The notes under the pieces are model-generated. The model saw only the letters and a list, made by a program, of their open reading frames with translations, searched no databases and had not been told where the DNA came from. Source: Candidatus Woesearchaeota archaeon (GTDB lineage: Archaea; Nanobdellota; Nanobdellia; Pacearchaeales; GW2011-AR1). From it: a stretch of 64,000 nt of DNA. The DNA is taken from positions 27,351-91,350 of the forward strand of contig CAYURQ010000001.1 of assembly GCA_964447315.1 (NCBI GenBank), in the 5' to 3' direction. A program made the position numbers and the translations under genes. Each line of letters begins with the position of its first letter. Within the stretch, counting starts at the first letter, position 1. Below are positions 30,784 to 38,655 of the stretch, piece by piece.

Positions 30784-30939
30784 TAAAAAATAATGCTCTT
30801 AATATTTAAATAAATTATTGTACTGAAAAATACTCTTCCTCTAAAACAGTAAACTAAGTAAAACAGATAATACTTCTGTAAAAGACGAAAGATTTAAATA
30901 GTAATATCAATTGATATTATCATAAAAATAGGAGTTAAA

Positions 30940-31218
30940 ATGCCATTATTACAAAAAAGAAATCCAAATGCAAGGTCACCAACATTACAAACAGTATTGA
31001 TGGTTGAAAAATTCATTGAAGAAAATAGTGGAGAGTATAAAAAAACAGAATTGTTCAAAAAACTTCCTAGAAAAGTAATGTGGCAAACATTTCAAATAAT
31101 AGTGCAATATCTTGAAGAAAATTATAAAATAATTATTGGAAAGGATGGAATAGTAACCTACATATGGAATCCAAATTTCTATGAAAAAATTAAAGATAGG
31201 CCAGAGATAAAAATATGA
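30940..31218 (+). CDS. small conserved protein (92 aa), paralog of 59574..59861
   Basis: Shares SPTLxTVxMVE..IxENSGExKKT...KLPxKxMW...YLxE..KII...DG..TYIWNP with the 95-aa protein at 59574. Its stop overlaps the next start by 4 nt. Confidence 0.45.
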   Translation: MPLLQKRNPNARSPTLQTVLMVEKFIEENSGEYKKTELFKKLPRKVMWQTFQIIVQYLEENYKIIIGKDGIVTYIWNPNFYEKIKDRPEIKI

Positions 31219-31535
31219 AATCAAAGGTTGTTTTTGTTGATAATAGCCTAGAAAAAGCGTTTAATTCTCTTGATGAATCAGACCCTATTAAAAAAGCATT
31301 AATTAGGGCAATAAAAAATATTCAACAAGATCCAAAAGCTGGAAGGAGTGTTATAAAAAGAATGATTCCAGAGAGACTAATTAAGAAATATGGGATAAAT
31401 AACTTGATGATTTACAATTTGCCAAATGCATGGAGAATGTTATATTCAGTAACTACTTCTGGAGATATAGAATTGGTGGCTGTAATACTTGATTGGATGA
31501 ATCACAAGGACTATGAGAGATTATTCAAGTTTTAA
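31215..31535 (+). CDS. RelE/ParE (or YoeB)-like toxin candidate (106 aa)
   Basis: C-terminal WRMLYSVTTSGDIELVAVILDWMNHKDYERLF follows the RelE/YoeB pattern ([WY]R..Y.V....V.V..I..H..Y). Translationally coupled to the upstream small gene. Confidence 0.4.
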   Translation: MKSKVVFVDNSLEKAFNSLDESDPIKKALIRAIKNIQQDPKAGRSVIKRMIPERLIKKYGINNLMIYNLPNAWRMLYSVTTSGDIELVAVILDWMNHKDYERLFKF

Positions 31536-31832
31536 TTATTCTTCATCTTCCTCAAGAACTAGTAAACTAAGTAAAACAATTAATACTCCTGCTATTATAG
31601 AAATTACCCAGCTTAGCCAACCTAACTCTAGAGTCTTAAACTTAATTATTAAAAAACCTGCAATACCAAGCAATCCTATGAATATATAATCTTTTCGTAT
31701 TTTTTCTTTGATAATTGGGGCGTGTTCTGAAAATACATCAAGAATTCCAGTAACAATTACAACAACCAATAATATATTTAAGTTAAGATAAGTGCTAACA
31801 AGTCCTGCCCATATTTGTTCAATCAATAACAA
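31536..31832 (-). CDS. small 3-TM membrane protein, family A (98 aa)
   Basis: Three hydrophobic helices and an acidic C-terminus (LEEDEE). About 90% identical to 33542..33844 and to its copies in repeat 2. The last ~9 codons lie outside the repeat. Confidence 0.5.
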   Translation of the reverse strand: MLLIEQIWAGLVSTYLNLNILLVVVIVTGILDVFSEHAPIIKEKIRKDYIFIGLLGIAGFLIIKFKTLELGWLSWVISIIAGVLIVLLSLLVLEEDEE

Positions 31833-31937
31833 TATTAGATAAGTTACTAAGACTGTTTGAAAGATGTGATTTACTAGGGATGCGTTGTGTCTGTGGAAAA
31901 GGGAAAAGTTTATAGAATTTTAAATTATTATTAAAAC

Positions 31938-32324
31938 ATGGAAGAAAGAGATGTAATAATTAAGATTTATGATAAAAAAGAAGAAATTAATAAAATAATT
32001 AAAGAATTAAAAAAATATTCATTTGAAGATTACATTAAAACTGGCCATTATGAAATTTCTTTATTAACTAAAGGAACAGATGAAGATAAATTGAGAGAGA
32101 TTTATCCTAAATTTGATATTATAGAATTAATAGCATTGAGGAGGCATAAAAATGGTTATGAGAATTATGATGTTTATTATGAACTTGAAAAAGGAAATTA
32201 TGCTTTGTTTGCCATAAATCTAGAAGGTAAAAAACCTAAAATAGATAATGCATTTATAGCTAATAGAATATTCAAAAATTTCTTAAAATCTATGGTAAAA
32301 AGATATGGTAATAAAATGGTTTAA
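31938..32324 (+). CDS. hypothetical protein B (128 aa)
   Basis: Divergent from family-A gene, with a TATA-like TTTATAG about 30 nt upstream. No motif. Its stop overlaps the convergent DUF2283-like gene by 4 nt. Confidence 0.4.
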   Translation: MEERDVIIKIYDKKEEINKIIKELKKYSFEDYIKTGHYEISLLTKGTDEDKLREIYPKFDIIELIALRRHKNGYENYDVYYELEKGNYALFAINLEGKKPKIDNAFIANRIFKNFLKSMVKRYGNKMV

Positions 32325-32656
32325 TTAGTCATGCATTGCATAGGTATATTTGCTATAGGAATTTGTTTTATTCCTGCTTTTTCATCTTCTAATCCCACCC
32401 CAATAAATAATTGATCTCTGCTTGGTTTTACAATAAGATTTAATTTTTCAAAGTCTTTTATTTGTTGTATATTAAACCCTATTGCCTCAAGAAAATTAGA
32501 AAACTCTCTTACTTCTAAACTAACTACTTTTCCGTTTCCAGTAGTGCTAATAATAAAATCTCCAAAGCTAAAATTCTTCTTAACTTTCTCATTATCTTGA
32601 ATAGAAGCCACAATTAAGCTGTCTGTATTCTCATCATATTTAGAGACTTTTATCAT
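32321..32656 (-). CDS. DUF2283-like small protein (111 aa)
   Basis: N-terminal MIKVSKYDENTDSLIV...GKVVSLEV matches the DUF2283 pattern (M.i.YD.e.D.lyi...G.ivGiEi). Confidence 0.4.
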   Translation of the reverse strand: MIKVSKYDENTDSLIVASIQDNEKVKKNFSFGDFIISTTGNGKVVSLEVREFSNFLEAIGFNIQQIKDFEKLNLIVKPSRDQLFIGVGLEDEKAGIKQIPIANIPMQCMTN

Positions 32657-32756
32657 ATTTTATAATAATATTTTGTTTATTTATACCTTTCTATTCATCT
32701 TCTAGAGGCAAGTAAAACATATAAATCTTAATAAATAATTAAAACTCCTTTTCTTA

Positions 32757-33545
32757 ATGGGAATTGATTCATCTGAAGCAAATCAAATAATAAACGCTAT
32801 TGATTTTGTAAATCATCATTATGGAGGTTCTGCAAAAGTTACTGGAGAATTCTTTTGTAAAGACTGTAATGAGAAATTTCCTTCTGGAGAATTTCGTTAT
32901 GATAAAGGAGGGTATATTCCAGGGCCAGGTTTAATTAATTTGTCTTCTGAAAGGGCTGCATTTCCCCTTCATGAGTTTCATACTGTTCTTGCTTTAAAAG
33001 ATTCTGATGAGATCTATGAAAAAAGAGTGATTTTAGACTTATTTAATAAATCAAGAAACTGGAATTTTTATGATGTTCCAGAAAGATGCTTTGAGGATTA
33101 TATGAAAATAATGAAAACAAGCTCACTAATTTCTATTGCTAGTCTAGAAGCTAATCATTGGTGTTATTCACTTCATTCAACACCAGATTTTACAGAAGAA
33201 GAAATGCTGGAGGATCCTATTAAAAGGGATATTCTAGAAATGGATAGGAAGATTAATCTTAGGCCAAATAAATTAGAAAATGAGGTTAAACCAGAAATAA
33301 ATCGGGTTTTCAAAGACATAATTGGTAATAGAGAAATTCCAATAATTTATATTATTCCAGAAGAATTTAGAGGAGATTTTGGAGAGGAATATTATAAAAG
33401 GGATTTTATTGAAGCAACATACAATACTTTTAAAGCAAAGAACATACTTTTTCCAGATGAAAAAAGAAATTCTGTTATTAAAATAATTGATTCTTACTTT
33501 AAAGAAGCAGAATTAAAGCATGAAAGACACCCTTCTCCTTTTTAG
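32757..33545 (+). CDS. hypothetical protein D (262 aa)
   Basis: ORF. N-terminal CKDCNEKF and later Cys/His residues. No recognised domain. Confidence 0.4.
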   Translation: MGIDSSEANQIINAIDFVNHHYGGSAKVTGEFFCKDCNEKFPSGEFRYDKGGYIPGPGLINLSSERAAFPLHEFHTVLALKDSDEIYEKRVILDLFNKSRNWNFYDVPERCFEDYMKIMKTSSLISIASLEANHWCYSLHSTPDFTEEEMLEDPIKRDILEMDRKINLRPNKLENEVKPEINRVFKDIIGNREIPIIYIIPEEFRGDFGEEYYKRDFIEATYNTFKAKNILFPDEKRNSVIKIIDSYFKEAELKHERHPSPF

Positions 33546-33844
33546 GATTCTTCATCCTCTTCTAAAACAAGTAAACTAAGTAAAACAATTAATACTCCTG
33601 CAACAAGAGATATTACCCATGACAACCATCCTAATTCTAGTGTTTTAAACTTGATTATCAGGAAACCTGCAATACCAAGCAATCCTATAAATATGTAATC
33701 TTTAGGTTTTATTTTTTCTTTAATAATTGGAGCGTGTTCTGAAAATACATCAAGAATTCCAGTAACAATTACAACAACTAATAAGATATTTAAGTTAAGA
33801 TAAGTGCTAACAAGTCCTGCCCATATTTGCTCAATTAATAACAA
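33542..33844 (-). CDS. small 3-TM membrane protein, family A' (100 aa)
   Basis: Paralog of 31536..31832 within the same repeat copy. Upstream region also similar. Confidence 0.5.
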   Translation of the reverse strand: MLLIEQIWAGLVSTYLNLNILLVVVIVTGILDVFSEHAPIIKEKIKPKDYIFIGLLGIAGFLIIKFKTLELGWLSWVISLVAGVLIVLLSLLVLEEDEES

Positions 33845-33960
33845 TATTAGATAAGTTACTAAGACTGTTTGAAAGGTGTGATTTACTAGGGATGTGTTGT
33901 GTCCACGGAATAGGAGGTGTTGGAGTGAGGGTTTGGGAATGTTGATAGGATTATTTTAAT

Positions 33961-34602
33961 TTATATAGAAGAATTAATATCTCCATGCACTACTAATGAT
34001 TGATAATTTTCAAATAAGAAAGGGGCATAAAATTGGGCTTCTGGAAAATCTTTAGTTGTACTTAGATACCAAATATTCTCTTCCATTTTATCTTTAGCTC
34101 TTTCAACTGACTTTTCTATAGTAGAACCTTCTATTAATGCTTTAACAAGGATATTTGAGGGTTCTAAAAATAATTTTGCTATTTTATCTCTTCTTGGAGA
34201 TGCCTCCTGATTAGGATCTTTCCCAAGATTAAAATCTCTCTCATATCCAATAAAACAAATGGCTCCTTTAGTAACTATTATCTTCCCTAGTTTTTGTCCT
34301 GATGAACAAGTTAGGGAATAAACAACCATGCCTGAAAGAACTTTTGCATTTTCTTTAGAGATTATTATCTCATTTTTATGCCCAGCAATCAAATCAGGAT
34401 TACCATGCCCATTAAACATAATAAAATCTGGTTTTTGCTTTTTTATAATTTTTAAGATTTCTTTTTTATTTGCTTTTTCTCTTTCCCTATTTATTGTTTT
34501 GTTTCCTCTTTCTTTCGAATATTTAACTAATTCTTTACTATAATAATATAAATAAGAGAGGGTCCCATCATGCTCGGGTCTGGAAAAAATAATATTACTC
34601 AT
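33961..34602 (-). CDS. putative minimal caspase/hemoglobinase-fold protease-like protein (His/Cys dyad)
   Basis: 213 aa. FIMFNGHGNPDLIAGH (His followed by Gly, like the caspase SHG motif), then about 33 residues later YSLTCSSGQ (Cys followed by small residues, like QACRG / DACHSG). An N-terminal beta-strand IIFSRPEHDG. Last gene of the operon G-F-E. Confidence 0.3.
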   Translation of the reverse strand: MSNIIFSRPEHDGTLSYLYYYSKELVKYSKERGNKTINREREKANKKEILKIIKKQKPDFIMFNGHGNPDLIAGHKNEIIISKENAKVLSGMVVYSLTCSSGQKLGKIIVTKGAICFIGYERDFNLGKDPNQEASPRRDKIAKLFLEPSNILVKALIEGSTIEKSVERAKDKMEENIWYLSTTKDFPEAQFYAPFLFENYQSLVVHGDINSSI

Positions 34603-34604
34603 AA

Positions 34605-34841
34605 TTATTGTTTTACTAAAAAACCTCTTTTGAAAGCTTTAAGATAGTTTAATTGGATTTCAACTATTCTATTTCCAATATCTGTATTATCTTCTATGTT
34701 TTTTATCAACTCATCTCTTTTCATAAATTTTCCATCAGACATTCCAAATGAAACACTTACATTTGGGGAAGCCTGCCTAATTCTTTCTATGACTATTTCT
34801 TTCTTTAACTGATCTATATTCTCTTGTTTATTTTCTTTCAT
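34605..34841 (-). CDS. hypothetical protein F (78 aa)
   Basis: Middle gene of the operon. Overlaps the upstream gene by 4 nt (ATGA). Confidence 0.35.
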   Translation of the reverse strand: MKENKQENIDQLKKEIVIERIRQASPNVSVSFGMSDGKFMKRDELIKNIEDNTDIGNRIVEIQLNYLKAFKRGFLVKQ

Positions 34842-35020
34842 ATTATTTCTAACTCTTTTAGTATTTTTAATATTTTCTCTCCATTTTCTGTCTTATTCTT
34901 TATTTCTTGGTAAGCAAGATTCCAACTTATTGGATTTTTATCTATAATTACTATTGTATTGTTTCTTTCTTTTATAGGCACTCCAGAATAAACTTTAAAG
35001 AAATCTTCTTCATTTACCAT
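34838..35020 (-). CDS. hypothetical protein G (60 aa)
   Basis: First gene of the G-F-E operon. Confidence 0.3.
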   Translation of the reverse strand: MVNEEDFFKVYSGVPIKERNNTIVIIDKNPISWNLAYQEIKNKTENGEKILKILKELEII

Positions 35021-35203
35021 TATTAAATTAGTAAATTAATCTTTTTAATTTTTGTCATTTCTTTTTCCTCGGCTTATTCCAATAAGGACTTTGGGGTTTC
35101 ATGAAACACTGAAGAGAAAAGGATATTTAAATGCTGTTTTTTGGAGTGTGGGTAAAACAATTCATCTTAATCTATATATTTTTTAATTAATGATTCTATA
35201 ATT

Positions 35204-35464
35204 TTAATTATACACTTTATCTCTTTTATCAATTTTTACTATCAAAATTATTTTCTGAGCTTCTTTAATTTTATATAATGCTCTAAAGTACCCAATTCTA
35301 TACCTAAAAACCATCTCATTATTATCTCTCCCAATAAACTTTGAATCACTTGGTACAGGAGTATTTTCAAGGTTTTTTAATCTCTTTTCAATCCTTTCTC
35401 TTTCTTTGGTATCTAATTTGTTTAAAAAATCCTGGGCTTTAACAGACAGCTCTACAGAATACAT
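35204..35464 (-). CDS. RelE/ParE-family toxin (86 aa)
   Basis: MVFRYRIGYFRALYKI...IILIVKIDKRDKVY is the classic RelE/ParE C-terminal signature. Confidence 0.6.
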   Translation of the reverse strand: MYSVELSVKAQDFLNKLDTKERERIEKRLKNLENTPVPSDSKFIGRDNNEMVFRYRIGYFRALYKIKEAQKIILIVKIDKRDKVYN

Positions 35465-35465
35465 T

Positions 35466-35627
35466 TTACAGTCTCTTTGTTCTGCCTTCTTTTAAATCTT
35501 CTTCAGCTTGATTTAAAGAGTTTATGTCGTCTTGGGTTAGAGTTACATCTATTATGTGCTCCTTTAAAGAATCCATATCTTTTTTTAAATTGTCTAGTTT
35601 ACTTATGATTAATTCTTCGTTTTCCAT
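35466..35627 (-). CDS. putative antitoxin (53 aa), not in ORF track
   Basis: My reverse-complement translation gives MENEELIISKLDNLKKDMDSLKEHIIDVTLTQDDINSLNQAEEDLKEGRTKRL. Its stop lies 2 nt before the RelE ATG, the typical antitoxin-toxin arrangement. Confidence 0.45.
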   Translation of the reverse strand: MENEELIISKLDNLKKDMDSLKEHIIDVTLTQDDINSLNQAEEDLKEGRTKRL

Positions 35628-35781
35628 ATCTTCCAATATAAAAATAACTATATAATCTTTTCGTATTTTTTATTTTTCATAAGGGGTGTTGGTTGGAGCA
35701 TTTTAGGGAGTATTGTAAATTAAAAAAAAAGAAATAATTAGCAGAACAATCAAAAAAAATTAGAAAAGATATGGAAAGAAT

Positions 35782-36189
35782 CTACAAAATTTCTTTTAAA
35801 TAATTAGATAAATTTAAATCCCTAATTTCTTGTTTTCTTAACCATTTATAATCTTCATGTTCTTTACTTAACTTAACATTCTCTGGTTTTTCATGAGTTT
35901 TTAATATATATATTATTCTTAAAAGATGAACTTTTTTCCCTTGTTTCTCATATTCTTTACTTAATATTCTATAGATTGAAACTATTTCTGTATCGAGACT
36001 TGTTTCTTCCTTAACTTCTCTAAGTACAGCTTCAGAAGGATCTTCTCCAAATTCAACTCTTCCTCCAGGAATTTCCCATTCTCGAGAACCATCTACTTCT
36101 TTTGAATTTCTTTTAAGAAAAAGAAACTTATCTTGTATCTGAATCAATCCATTTGCTAAAATATTTGTTTTTTTCTTAATTTCTGACAT
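35782..36189 (-). CDS. NUDIX hydrolase
   Basis: 135 aa. Nudix box GGRVEFGEDPSEAVLREVKEETSL (Gx5Ex7REVxEExG). Sits in the unique 544-bp spacer between the two repeat copies. Confidence 0.8.
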   Translation of the reverse strand: MSEIKKKTNILANGLIQIQDKFLFLKRNSKEVDGSREWEIPGGRVEFGEDPSEAVLREVKEETSLDTEIVSIYRILSKEYEKQGKKVHLLRIIYILKTHEKPENVKLSKEHEDYKWLRKQEIRDLNLSNYLKEIL

Positions 36190-36224
36190 GTTTTAATAAA
36201 AGAATACATTTTATTTAAGGTTTT

Positions 36225-36527
36225 CTAATCTTGTTGTTCACCTTCTTCTAAAACAAGCAAACTAAGTAAAACAATTAATACTCCTGCTATTATAGAAATT
36301 ACCCAGCTTAGCCAACCTAACTCTAGAGTCTTAAACTTAATTATTAAAAAACCTGCAATACCAAGCAATCCTATGAATATATAATCTTTTCGTATTTTTT
36401 CTTTGATAATTGGGGCGTGTTCTGAAAATACATCAAGAATTCCAGTAACAATTACAACAACCAATAATATATTTAAGTTAAGATAAGTGCTAACAAGTCC
36501 TGCCCATATTTGTTCAATCAATAACAA
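36225..36527 (-). CDS. small 3-TM membrane protein, family A (copy 2; C-terminus differs outside the repeat)
   Basis: Identical to 31536..31832 except for the last residues (EEGEQQD). Confidence 0.5.
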   Translation of the reverse strand: MLLIEQIWAGLVSTYLNLNILLVVVIVTGILDVFSEHAPIIKEKIRKDYIFIGLLGIAGFLIIKFKTLELGWLSWVISIIAGVLIVLLSLLVLEEGEQQD

Positions 36528-36632
36528 TATTAGATAAGTTACTAAGACTGTTTGAAAGATGTGATTTACTAGGGATGCGTTGTGTCTGTGGAAAAGGGAA
36601 AAGTTTATAGAATTTTAAATTATTATTAAAAC

Positions 36633-37019
36633 ATGGAAGAAAGAGATGTAATAATTAAGATTTATGATAAAAAAGAAGAAATTAATAAAATAATTAAAGA
36701 ATTAAAAAAATATTCATTTGAAGATTACATTAAAACTGGCCATTATGAAATTTCTTTATTAACTAAAGGAACAGATGAAGATAAATTGAGAGAGATTTAT
36801 CCTAAATTTGATATTATAGAATTAATAGCATTGAGGAGGCATAAAAATGGTTATGAGAATTATGATGTTTATTATGAACTTGAAAAAGGAAATTATGCTT
36901 TGTTTGCCATAAATCTAGAAGGTAAAAAACCTAAAATAGATAATGCATTTATAGCTAATAGAATATTCAAAAATTTCTTAAAATCTATGGTAAAAAGATA
37001 TGGTAATAAAATGGTTTAA
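36633..37019 (+). CDS. hypothetical protein B (copy 2)
   Basis: Identical to 31938..32324. Confidence 0.4.
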   Translation: MEERDVIIKIYDKKEEINKIIKELKKYSFEDYIKTGHYEISLLTKGTDEDKLREIYPKFDIIELIALRRHKNGYENYDVYYELEKGNYALFAINLEGKKPKIDNAFIANRIFKNFLKSMVKRYGNKMV

Positions 37020-37351
37020 TTAGTCATGCATTGCATAGGTATATTTGCTATAGGAATTTGTTTTATTCCTGCTTTTTCATCTTCTAATCCCACCCCAATA
37101 AATAATTGATCTCTGCTTGGTTTTACAATAAGATTTAATTTTTCAAAGTCTTTTATTTGTTGTATATTAAACCCTATTGCCTCAAGAAAATTAGAAAACT
37201 CTCTTACTTCTAAACTAACTACTTTTCCGTTTCCAGTAGTGCTAATAATAAAATCTCCAAAGCTAAAATTCTTCTTAACTTTCTCATTATCTTGAATAGA
37301 AGCCACAATTAAGCTGTCTGTATTCTCATCATATTTAGAGACTTTTATCAT
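37016..37351 (-). CDS. DUF2283-like protein (copy 2)
   Basis: Identical to 32321..32656. Confidence 0.4.
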   Translation of the reverse strand: MIKVSKYDENTDSLIVASIQDNEKVKKNFSFGDFIISTTGNGKVVSLEVREFSNFLEAIGFNIQQIKDFEKLNLIVKPSRDQLFIGVGLEDEKAGIKQIPIANIPMQCMTN

Positions 37352-37451
37352 ATTTTATAATAATATTTTGTTTATTTATACCTTTCTATTCATCTTCTAG
37401 AGGCAAGTAAAACATATAAATCTTAATAAATAATTAAAACTCCTTTTCTTA

Positions 37452-38240
37452 ATGGGAATTGATTCATCTGAAGCAAATCAAATAATAAACGCTATTGATT
37501 TTGTAAATCATCATTATGGAGGTTCTGCAAAAGTTACTGGAGAATTCTTTTGTAAAGACTGTAATGAGAAATTTCCTTCTGGAGAATTTCGTTATGATAA
37601 AGGAGGGTATATTCCAGGGCCAGGTTTAATTAATTTGTCTTCTGAAAGGGCTGCATTTCCCCTTCATGAGTTTCATACTGTTCTTGCTTTAAAAGATTCT
37701 GATGAGATCTATGAAAAAAGAGTGATTTTAGACTTATTTAATAAATCAAGAAACTGGAATTTTTATGATGTTCCAGAAAGATGCTTTGAGGATTATATGA
37801 AAATAATGAAAACAAGCTCACTAATTTCTATTGCTAGTCTAGAAGCTAATCATTGGTGTTATTCACTTCATTCAACACCAGATTTTACAGAAGAAGAAAT
37901 GCTGGAGGATCCTATTAAAAGGGATATTCTAGAAATGGATAGGAAGATTAATCTTAGGCCAAATAAATTAGAAAATGAGGTTAAACCAGAAATAAATCGG
38001 GTTTTCAAAGACATAATTGGTAATAGAGAAATTCCAATAATTTATATTATTCCAGAAGAATTTAGAGGAGATTTTGGAGAGGAATATTATAAAAGGGATT
38101 TTATTGAAGCAACATACAATACTTTTAAAGCAAAGAACATACTTTTTCCAGATGAAAAAAGAAATTCTGTTATTAAAATAATTGATTCTTACTTTAAAGA
38201 AGCAGAATTAAAGCATGAAAGACACCCTTCTCCTTTTTAG
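37452..38240 (+). CDS. hypothetical protein D (copy 2)
   Basis: Identical to 32757..33545. Confidence 0.4.
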   Translation: MGIDSSEANQIINAIDFVNHHYGGSAKVTGEFFCKDCNEKFPSGEFRYDKGGYIPGPGLINLSSERAAFPLHEFHTVLALKDSDEIYEKRVILDLFNKSRNWNFYDVPERCFEDYMKIMKTSSLISIASLEANHWCYSLHSTPDFTEEEMLEDPIKRDILEMDRKINLRPNKLENEVKPEINRVFKDIIGNREIPIIYIIPEEFRGDFGEEYYKRDFIEATYNTFKAKNILFPDEKRNSVIKIIDSYFKEAELKHERHPSPF

Positions 38241-38539
38241 GATTCTTCATCCTCTTCTAAAACAAGTAAACTAAGTAAAACAATTAATACTCCTGCAACA
38301 AGAGATATTACCCATGACAACCATCCTAATTCTAGTGTTTTAAACTTGATTATCAGGAAACCTGCAATACCAAGCAATCCTATAAATATGTAATCTTTAG
38401 GTTTTATTTTTTCTTTAATAATTGGAGCGTGTTCTGAAAATACATCAAGAATTCCAGTAACAATTACAACAACTAATAAGATATTTAAGTTAAGATAAGT
38501 GCTAACAAGTCCTGCCCATATTTGCTCAATTAATAACAA
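38237..38539 (-). CDS. small 3-TM membrane protein A' (copy 2)
   Basis: Identical to 33542..33844. Confidence 0.5.
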   Translation of the reverse strand: MLLIEQIWAGLVSTYLNLNILLVVVIVTGILDVFSEHAPIIKEKIKPKDYIFIGLLGIAGFLIIKFKTLELGWLSWVISLVAGVLIVLLSLLVLEEDEES

Positions 38540-38655
38540 TATTAGATAAGTTACTAAGACTGTTTGAAAGGTGTGATTTACTAGGGATGTGTTGTGTCCA
38601 CGGAATAGGAGGTGTTGGAGTGAGGGTTTGGGAATGTTGATAGGATTATTTTAAT

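Larger units (their letters stand above)
31564..35714. repeat. direct repeat copy 1 (4151 bp), multigene cassette
   Basis: Every base I compared matched its counterpart 4695 nt downstream (36259..40409). All nine ORF-track ORFs inside have identical translations in both copies. Confidence 0.9.
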
